Positions 44,962 through 51,053 of a DNA stretch of 51,053 bases are shown here, piece by piece. Within the stretch, counting starts at the first letter, position 1. Each line of letters starts with the position of its first letter. The notes under the pieces were generated by a model that was not told the origin of the DNA, made no database searches, and saw only the letters and a list, made by a program, of their open reading frames with translations. The stretch comes from a virus. Taxonomy: Duplodnaviria; Caudoviricetes. The stretch is taken from positions 1-51,053 of the IMG/VR virus record IMGVR_UViG_3300017778_004680; one strand, given 5' to 3'. The position numbers were made by a program, and so were the translations under genes.

Positions 44962-46749
44962 ATGGCATGGAAAAAATATTTTAAAGTTGCAAACAGTAGC
45001 GGACAGTTGTCTCCTCTGTCTGGTCGTGATTCTGATGGTTTGCCTGGATATGGCCGCAATGACGGTCGTGACACAGCAAATAGCCATGCAGATATTGTTT
45101 ACCGCAATTACGCAAGTCGATTGCCCGAAGTGTACACTGGACACCCAAATCGTGTACAGCGATACAATCAATATGAACAAATGGATTTAGACAGCGAGAT
45201 CAATGCTTGCCTGGACATATTGGCTGAGTTTTCTACTCAAATGACCAACGATGACAACATTCCGTTTGATGTAAATTACAATGAAACTCCCAGTGATAAC
45301 GAAGTCAGTATCATCAAGAAACAGTTGCAACAGTGGGTCAAACTCAACAAACTAGATCAGCGTATTTTCCGCATTTTCCGCAACACAATCAAGTACGGAG
45401 ATCAAGTTTTTATTCGAGACCCCGAAACATTTGAAATGTACTGGGTTGACATGACCAAGGTTGCTCGAGTGATTGTTAACGAAAGCGAAGGCAAACGACC
45501 TGAGCAGTATGTTATTCGTGACATCAATCCCAACTTTCAGAACTTGACTGTGGCTGCAAAGACCACAAGTGACTTTACATCAAATCCTGCAAGCTCGGGT
45601 TACGTTGCACCCATGAACTATACTGTGCCCAACGGTGGAGGCCAAGGTGGCCAAGGTTCGGGACAAAGTCGTTTCTCGGCAGCCATGAACGAAGCTGTGA
45701 TTGATGCCAAGCATGTGGTACACTTGAGTCTAACAGAAGGCTTGGATTACTACTGGCCGTTTGGCATGAGTGTATTAGAAACTATTTTTAAAGTTTTCAA
45801 ACAAAAAGAATTATTAGAAGATGCTGTGTTGATCTATCGAGTGGCACGTGCACCAGAGCGTAGAGTATTCAAAATTGACGTTGGTAACATGCCAAGTCAC
45901 ATGGCCATGGCATTTGTGGATCGTGTTAAAAACGAAATTCACCAACGTAGAATACCCAGCAACACCGGTGGTGGCCAAAACATCATGGATAGTAGTTATA
46001 ACCCACTATCTATTAACGAAGATTACTTCTTCCCCCAGACAGCAGACGGTCGTGGCAGCAGTGTTGACACACTAGCTGGTGGGTCAAATCTAGGCGAAAT
46101 TGACGATTTAAAGTATTTTAACAACAAAATGTGTCGTGGTCTGCGTGTGCCATCAAGCTATTTGCCCACTGGGCCAGATGATAGTGATCGAGTAATGAGC
46201 GACGGGCGTGTGGGCACAGCATTGATTCAAGAATATCGGTTCAATCAATACTGCGAGCGTTTACAGCGACTGATTGTGGAAAAACTTGATGACGAATTCA
46301 AAATGTTCATGCGCTGGAGAGGCTTTAACATTGATTCAGGACTGTTCAGCATCACGTTTAATCCACCTCAAAACTTTGCCAGTTATCGTGAATCTGAACT
46401 AGACACAACACGGGTTGCAACCTTTACAAGTCTTGAACAAATCCCATATCTAAGCAAGCGTTTCTTGCTCAAGCGTTATCTAGGTCTTACTGAAGAAGAG
46501 ATTCGTGAAAATGAAGAACTCTGGGATGAAGAACGAGCCACGCCCGAGGCCACACCTGCAACTGGCACTGATTTACGTAGTGTTGGCATTACTCCAGCTG
46601 ACATGGAAACAGATATTACCACAGGTGAAGAAGTTGCAGGCATGGATCAAACAGGCGGCGGCGTGCCCATTGCTCCGGGAGTTGCACCAGGTGCACCAGG
46701 AACTGCACCAGGGCAACAGCCAGCCGCAGGCGCTGCCCCTTCTGTATAA
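44962..46749 (+). CDS. Portal protein, T4 gp20-like
   Basis: LEDAVLIYRVARAPERRVFKIDVGNMP; EDYFFPQTADGRGSSVDTLAGG; LRVPSSYL. Confidence 0.95.
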   Translation: MAWKKYFKVANSSGQLSPLSGRDSDGLPGYGRNDGRDTANSHADIVYRNYASRLPEVYTGHPNRVQRYNQYEQMDLDSEINACLDILAEFSTQMTNDDNIPFDVNYNETPSDNEVSIIKKQLQQWVKLNKLDQRIFRIFRNTIKYGDQVFIRDPETFEMYWVDMTKVARVIVNESEGKRPEQYVIRDINPNFQNLTVAAKTTSDFTSNPASSGYVAPMNYTVPNGGGQGGQGSGQSRFSAAMNEAVIDAKHVVHLSLTEGLDYYWPFGMSVLETIFKVFKQKELLEDAVLIYRVARAPERRVFKIDVGNMPSHMAMAFVDRVKNEIHQRRIPSNTGGGQNIMDSSYNPLSINEDYFFPQTADGRGSSVDTLAGGSNLGEIDDLKYFNNKMCRGLRVPSSYLPTGPDDSDRVMSDGRVGTALIQEYRFNQYCERLQRLIVEKLDDEFKMFMRWRGFNIDSGLFSITFNPPQNFASYRESELDTTRVATFTSLEQIPYLSKRFLLKRYLGLTEEEIRENEELWDEERATPEATPATGTDLRSVGITPADMETDITTGEEVAGMDQTGGGVPIAPGVAPGAPGTAPGQQPAAGAAPSV

Positions 46750-46752
46750 ATA
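46745..46752 (+). promoter_or_regulatory. T4 late promoter consensus TATAAATA
   Basis: Exact consensus overlapping the portal stop, 5 nt before the next ATG. Confidence 0.6.
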
Positions 46753-46757
46753 ATATT

Positions 46758-46976
46758 ATGATCTTGCTTGAACTATACCAAAAAGAAAACTCAGCTTACC
46801 AAGACGTGGCCCAGGACAATTCTCAGCCAAAATTGGGAGATCTTCGCAAGACCAAATTAACATTACGTCAAATCAACAAACTTCGCAAATTAAATGACAT
46901 TCGTCAAATTGAATTTAGCGAACGACTGGAAAGAGTGCAAAGACAGTACGCACCACCGGCTCAGCCCTTAGCCTAA
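46758..46976 (+). CDS. Small basic head-region protein
   Basis: 72 aa, RKTKLTLRQINKLRK, directly after portal. Confidence 0.7.
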   Translation: MILLELYQKENSAYQDVAQDNSQPKLGDLRKTKLTLRQINKLRKLNDIRQIEFSERLERVQRQYAPPAQPLA

Positions 46977-47002
46977 CCCAAAAAATCATAATATACATAA
47001 AA

Positions 47003-47023
47003 AACATGCTTAAAGAGCATGTT
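47003..47023 (+). terminator. Hairpin, possible terminator or processing site
   Basis: AACATGCT-TAAAG-AGCATGTT between the 72-aa gene and a TGTAAATA late-promoter motif (47037-47044). Confidence 0.45.
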
Positions 47024-47077
47024 ATTCACCAATATCTGTAAATATATTTTATAGAGCCATTTACATTGGAGGGACTC

Positions 47078-47890
47078 ATGAACAAATTTGAACAACTGAT
47101 CGAATACGTGATCAATGACGAAGACGCGAAAGCCCGCGAATTATTCCATGACATCGTTGTGGAAAAAAGCCGCCAGATCTATGAAGAAATGATGGATGTT
47201 GAAGAAGCTGCCGAAGAGGGAGACGATTCAATTGAAGAAGCTGAAGAAATGGAAGAAGCTGAAGAAATGGAAGAAGGCATGGCACTTGGCGGTGATCAAG
47301 CTGATGACTTGATTGACGACGTTGAAGCCGAAGAACATGGCATGATGGAAGAAGATGATGCTGAGTTTGATGACACAGCTGAAAAAGACGGCGAAGAAGT
47401 AACACATGACATGGAAGCCGGCCACGATGACGGCGATCTAGAAGATCGCGTGGTTGACCTAGAAGACAAGCTTGACGAACTCATGGCTGAATTTGAGTCC
47501 TTGATGGGTGACGATGCAGGCTCTGCACCTGGTGAAGAAGTATCCGGTGACGAATTTGACAACATGACTGGTGTTGAAGTTGCTGACGATGAGATGGAAA
47601 CTGAAAACATGTTCAATGAGAACATCAGCTTGAAAACAGTTTCTACACCTAGCAACACTGGTGTTTCCAGTAAGAGCCCAGTGGCTGCCAACAGCGGCGC
47701 ACGTGGTGCAATGGCCAAACCAGTGCATGCCACAGGCGACGGCGGTAACGGACGCCCTGCTCCAACTACAAAAGAATTGATTGGTAAAGTGCAAAACACT
47801 CCTGCTCAAGGCAGTGTAAAGTTGAGCCCTGCTACCAAGCCACACTTGGCACAGGCCACTGGTGTTAACACCAAGTCTGTCACACACTAA
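47078..47890 (+). CDS. Highly acidic prohead core/scaffold-like protein (gp67/68 position)
   Basis: GGAGG RBS before ATG 47078; E/D-rich with an 18-bp tandem repeat (EEAEEM x2, 47234-47269); lies between portal and protease. Confidence 0.65.
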   Translation: MNKFEQLIEYVINDEDAKARELFHDIVVEKSRQIYEEMMDVEEAAEEGDDSIEEAEEMEEAEEMEEGMALGGDQADDLIDDVEAEEHGMMEEDDAEFDDTAEKDGEEVTHDMEAGHDDGDLEDRVVDLEDKLDELMAEFESLMGDDAGSAPGEEVSGDEFDNMTGVEVADDEMETENMFNENISLKTVSTPSNTGVSSKSPVAANSGARGAMAKPVHATGDGGNGRPAPTTKELIGKVQNTPAQGSVKLSPATKPHLAQATGVNTKSVTH

Positions 47891-47903
47891 GGACTACAGG
47901 TAA

Positions 47904-48530
47904 ATGGCTCTTTACCTTAGAGAAAATCTTACCTTTAACCAGGCCGGCATGATTGTCGAAGGCTCTGGTGAAGGTAAGGACCTCTTTATGAAGGGCATCT
48001 GCATTCAAGGCGGTGTCAAAAACGCCAACGAACGTGTGTACCCTGTGAATGAAATTGAACGTGCAGTTGGCACGTTGAATGAACAAATCTTAGAAGGTTA
48101 TTCAGTTATGGGTGAAGTTGATCACCCAGATGACCTTAAAATTAACCTAGACCGCGTGAGTCACCTCATTGTTAACATGTGGATGGACGGCCCCAACGGT
48201 TTTGGTAAATTAAAAATTCTTCCCACACCAATGGGACAACTGGTTACAACCATGTTGCAATCAGGTGTGAAGTTAGGAGTTTCCAGTCGTGGTTCCGGTA
48301 ACGTGAACGACGCAAACGGACACGTCAGTGATTTTGAAATAGTCACTGTCGACATTGTTGCCCAGCCCAGTGCACCCAATGCATATCCCAAAGCTATTTA
48401 CGAAGGTTTGATGAACATGAAACATGGTCACAAGGTTTTAGATATGGCTAGAGATGCGGGTAAAGACAACAAAGTACAGAGATACTTGAAGAGCGAGGTT
48501 ATCAAGCTCATCAAGGATCTCAAAATCTAG
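47904..48530 (+). CDS. Prohead protease, T4 gp21-like
   Basis: KNANERVYP, GEVDHP, ILPTPMG, GVSSRGSG, DIVAQPSAPNAYP. Confidence 0.95.
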   Translation: MALYLRENLTFNQAGMIVEGSGEGKDLFMKGICIQGGVKNANERVYPVNEIERAVGTLNEQILEGYSVMGEVDHPDDLKINLDRVSHLIVNMWMDGPNGFGKLKILPTPMGQLVTTMLQSGVKLGVSSRGSGNVNDANGHVSDFEIVTVDIVAQPSAPNAYPKAIYEGLMNMKHGHKVLDMARDAGKDNKVQRYLKSEVIKLIKDLKI

Positions 48531-48540
48531 GAGAAAACGC

Positions 48541-49629
48541 ATGTTTGATGCAATCAAACCACTACTAGATAGCGGCCTTATTAACGAAGACATTGGTCAA
48601 GAACTCAACGAAGCTTGGGAATCTAAATTGACCGAGGCTCGTGAGCAGGTACGTGCAGAACTCCGCGAAGAGTTTGCACAACGCTATGAGCATGATAAAA
48701 CTACAATGGTAGAAGCCCTAGATCGCATGGTAACTGAAGGTCTCACTGCCGAGATTCAAGCCGTGACTGCTGAAAAGCAATCGCTAGCTGAAGATCGTGT
48801 CAAGTTCCAACGCAAGATGAAAGAATCATCTACAAAGTTTAATGACTTCATGGTCACTAAGCTTGCTGAAGAAATTGGCGAACTACGCAAAGACCGCAAG
48901 CAACACAACGAAAGCCTCGCTAAACTCGAGAATTTTGTTGTGCGAGCACTTGCGGAAGAGATCCAGGAATTTGCTCAAGACAAACGTGACTTGGTGGAAA
49001 CCAAGGTTCGTTTGGTGAGCGAAGCCCGTAATAAACTTGAAACTCTCAAAGCACGATTCATCAAGGAAAGTGCCAACAAGATGACCAAGGTTGTTGCCAG
49101 CCATCTCAAGCAAGAACTCTCTCAATTCAAAGAAGACATCCAGGTTGCTCGCGAGAACAATTTTGGACGTAAGATTTTTGAAGCTTATGCCGCTGAATTT
49201 AACCACACACACCTGAGTGAAAACAAAGTTGTGCGTGAACTTAAACAGGCATTGACTGAAAAAGATCAAAAGTTGAGCGAAGCCACCAAAATTGTCCGCA
49301 AAGCCAAAACCCTTGTGGAATCAAAGAATCAGGAAATTCGTCGTATACAAGAATCCAATGAACGTGCAAGCGTCATGGAAGAATTGCTTGGCCCCTTAAA
49401 TGAGGAAAAGCAAGCTGTCATGAAGAATCTCTTGGAAAGCGTTCAGACGTCTCGTCTAAAAAACGCATACGAAAAGTATCTACCAGCTGTACTATCTAAC
49501 TCTTCACCCAAGGCCCGTAAAGCTCTCAGTGAAAGTGTTAGTGTTGTAACTGGTGATAAAACCGTGCCAGCCGCGCAGAATGAAGATCGCAGTAATGTAA
49601 TTGACATCAAACGCCTGGCTGGTTTGTAA
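48541..49629 (+). CDS. Prohead scaffold protein, T4 gp22-like
   Basis: Coiled-coil E/K-rich, GRKIFEAY, position between protease and capsid genes; AGGAG RBS. Confidence 0.8.
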   Translation: MFDAIKPLLDSGLINEDIGQELNEAWESKLTEAREQVRAELREEFAQRYEHDKTTMVEALDRMVTEGLTAEIQAVTAEKQSLAEDRVKFQRKMKESSTKFNDFMVTKLAEEIGELRKDRKQHNESLAKLENFVVRALAEEIQEFAQDKRDLVETKVRLVSEARNKLETLKARFIKESANKMTKVVASHLKQELSQFKEDIQVARENNFGRKIFEAYAAEFNHTHLSENKVVRELKQALTEKDQKLSEATKIVRKAKTLVESKNQEIRRIQESNERASVMEELLGPLNEEKQAVMKNLLESVQTSRLKNAYEKYLPAVLSNSSPKARKALSESVSVVTGDKTVPAAQNEDRSNVIDIKRLAGL

Positions 49630-49651
49630 TATAGTAACATAGGAGACTTAA

Positions 49652-50869
49652 ATGTCACAAGAACTATTAGAAAGCCGTTGGGACGAGACCAAAGAAGCCC
49701 TTATGGAAGGCCTCAAGGGCAACCGTCGCAACTCAATGAGTGTTATCCTCGAAAACACTCGCAAGTACCTGAAAGAGAATGCCAGTTCTGGTTCCACTGT
49801 TTCCGGTAATATCGCTACGCTGAATCGTGTTATTCTGCCAGTGATTCGACGTGTTATGCCCACAGTTATTGCCAACGAAATTGTTGGCGTTCAGCCAATG
49901 ACAGGACCTGTTGGACAGATCCACACTCTGCGTGTGCGTTATGCATCCACAATGACTGACCAATCAGCAGCCGCTACTAGCGTAGTTGCTGGTGAAGAAG
50001 CATTGAGTCCATTCAAGATCGCTGTTGCATACTCTGCAGGCGCTGGCGGAGCTGCTAACGCAGCCACCACACAAACAGCAGCTCAAGGTTATTCTGGTGG
50101 TGCAACAGCTACCATGGAAGGTAACGGCGGTCGTCAGATCTCTGTTCAAATCTTGAAACAAGCTGTTGAAGCCAAGACACGTAAATTGCAAGCTCGTTGG
50201 ACATTTGAGGCAGCTCAAGATGCACAAGCCATGCACGGTATTGACGTTGAAGCAGAAATCATGGCTGCTCTTGCACAAGAGATCACAGCTGAGATTGACC
50301 AAGAGATCCTCTTGAGCTTGCGCTCATTGGCTCAGACTGAGTTTACATACAACCAAGCTACTGTATCTGGTACAGCTACATTCGTTGGTGACGAGCATGC
50401 CGCATTGGCTGTTTTGATCAACCGTGTTGCTAACTTGATCGCTCAGCGCACACGTCGTGGCGCTGGTAACTGGGCCGTTGTTTCTCCAGCAAGTTTGACA
50501 GTGTTGCAATCTGCAACTACTAGTGCTTTTGCTCGCACAACAGAAGGCACATTTGAAGCTCCAACAAACACCAAGTTTGTGGGTACATTGAACGGCGCAA
50601 TGCGTGTGTTCGTTGACTCTTATGCATCTGACTCAACACCTGTGTTGGTTGGTTACAAAGGTTCTTCAGAAGCTGATGCAGCCGCATTCTACTGCCCATA
50701 CATTCCGTTGATGAGCAGTGGTGTTGTTCTGGATCCATCAACATTCGAACCAGTCGTGTCATTCATGACAAGATATGGCTACATCGAGCTCACTAACACT
50801 GCATCATCTTTCGGTAATGCTGGCGATTATGTTGGAGAAATCGCTGTTAGCAACTTGTCTTTCTCTTAA
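49652..50869 (+). CDS. Major capsid protein, T4 gp23-like
   Basis: VGVQPMTGPVGQIHTLR, AKTRKLQARWTFEAAQD, EITAEIDQE, FYCPYIPL, FMTRYG. Confidence 0.96.
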   Translation: MSQELLESRWDETKEALMEGLKGNRRNSMSVILENTRKYLKENASSGSTVSGNIATLNRVILPVIRRVMPTVIANEIVGVQPMTGPVGQIHTLRVRYASTMTDQSAAATSVVAGEEALSPFKIAVAYSAGAGGAANAATTQTAAQGYSGGATATMEGNGGRQISVQILKQAVEAKTRKLQARWTFEAAQDAQAMHGIDVEAEIMAALAQEITAEIDQEILLSLRSLAQTEFTYNQATVSGTATFVGDEHAALAVLINRVANLIAQRTRRGAGNWAVVSPASLTVLQSATTSAFARTTEGTFEAPTNTKFVGTLNGAMRVFVDSYASDSTPVLVGYKGSSEADAAAFYCPYIPLMSSGVVLDPSTFEPVVSFMTRYGYIELTNTASSFGNAGDYVGEIAVSNLSFS

Positions 50870-50889
50870 TCCGAGATTGCACTCAAATC

Positions 50890-50914
50890 AAAAACCCGCT
50901 TCGGCGGGTTTTTT
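50890..50914 (+). terminator. Rho-independent terminator (likely bidirectional)
   Basis: AAAAACCCGC-TTCG-GCGGGTTTTTT after the capsid gene. Confidence 0.9.
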
Positions 50915-50967
50915 GTTGGCGGTACTAGTTGCCTAATTTCGGTAAATATTAAAAAGAGGACTCTGAC

Positions 50968-51053
50968 ATGGCCGCAAAAAATCCGCCTAGCGTTGATACA
51001 CCGTATTCAACCACTACTATAACAACTACAACCAATGCTAGACAAATTTCTAC
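50968..51053 (+). CDS. Partial ORF (5' end), unknown
   Basis: GGTAAATA at 50941, GAGGA RBS, ATG at 50968, open to the window end (MAAKNPPSVDTPYSTTT...). Confidence 0.55.
   Translation, partial: MAAKNPPSVDTPYSTTTITTTTNARQIS

Noticed and set aside
47234-47275. 18-bp tandem repeat in the acidic head protein
   Set aside because: Ordinary low-complexity Glu-rich slippage
1-51053. Stop-codon reassignment, or inteins/introns in core genes
   Set aside because: Core genes are intact and of normal length in the standard code; TAA, TAG and TGA all serve as stops

Overview
Fragment of a large T4-like (myovirus/jumbo-type) phage genome read in the standard code. Left half (minus strand): baseplate operon with gp48/54-like, gp53-, hub-, gp5-, gp25- and gp6-like genes. 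It ends in a giant ORF of at least 4651 aa (13955 to the window edge) that the ORF track omits and that carries seven FG-GAP-like repeats. Middle (plus strand): gp55 late sigma, gp47 and gp46, interleaved with accessory enzymes (2 radical SAM, SDR, UDP-sugar dehydrogenase, epimerase, glycosyltransferase-like, sulfotransferase-like) and a minimal GIY-YIG protein. These are followed by a ~430-nt non-coding region dense in stems, with a possible pseudoknot and a 22-bp bipartite direct repeat; this is my best candidate for an undescribed element. Next come a minus-strand cassette with an aminoacyl-tRNA-protein-transferase-like gene and a gp26-like chaperone with a probable -1 frameshift into a gp51-like ORF. 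The right end holds the tape measure/transglycosylase, portal, protease, scaffold and major capsid genes. All family assignments come from motif recognition by eye; no database search was run.
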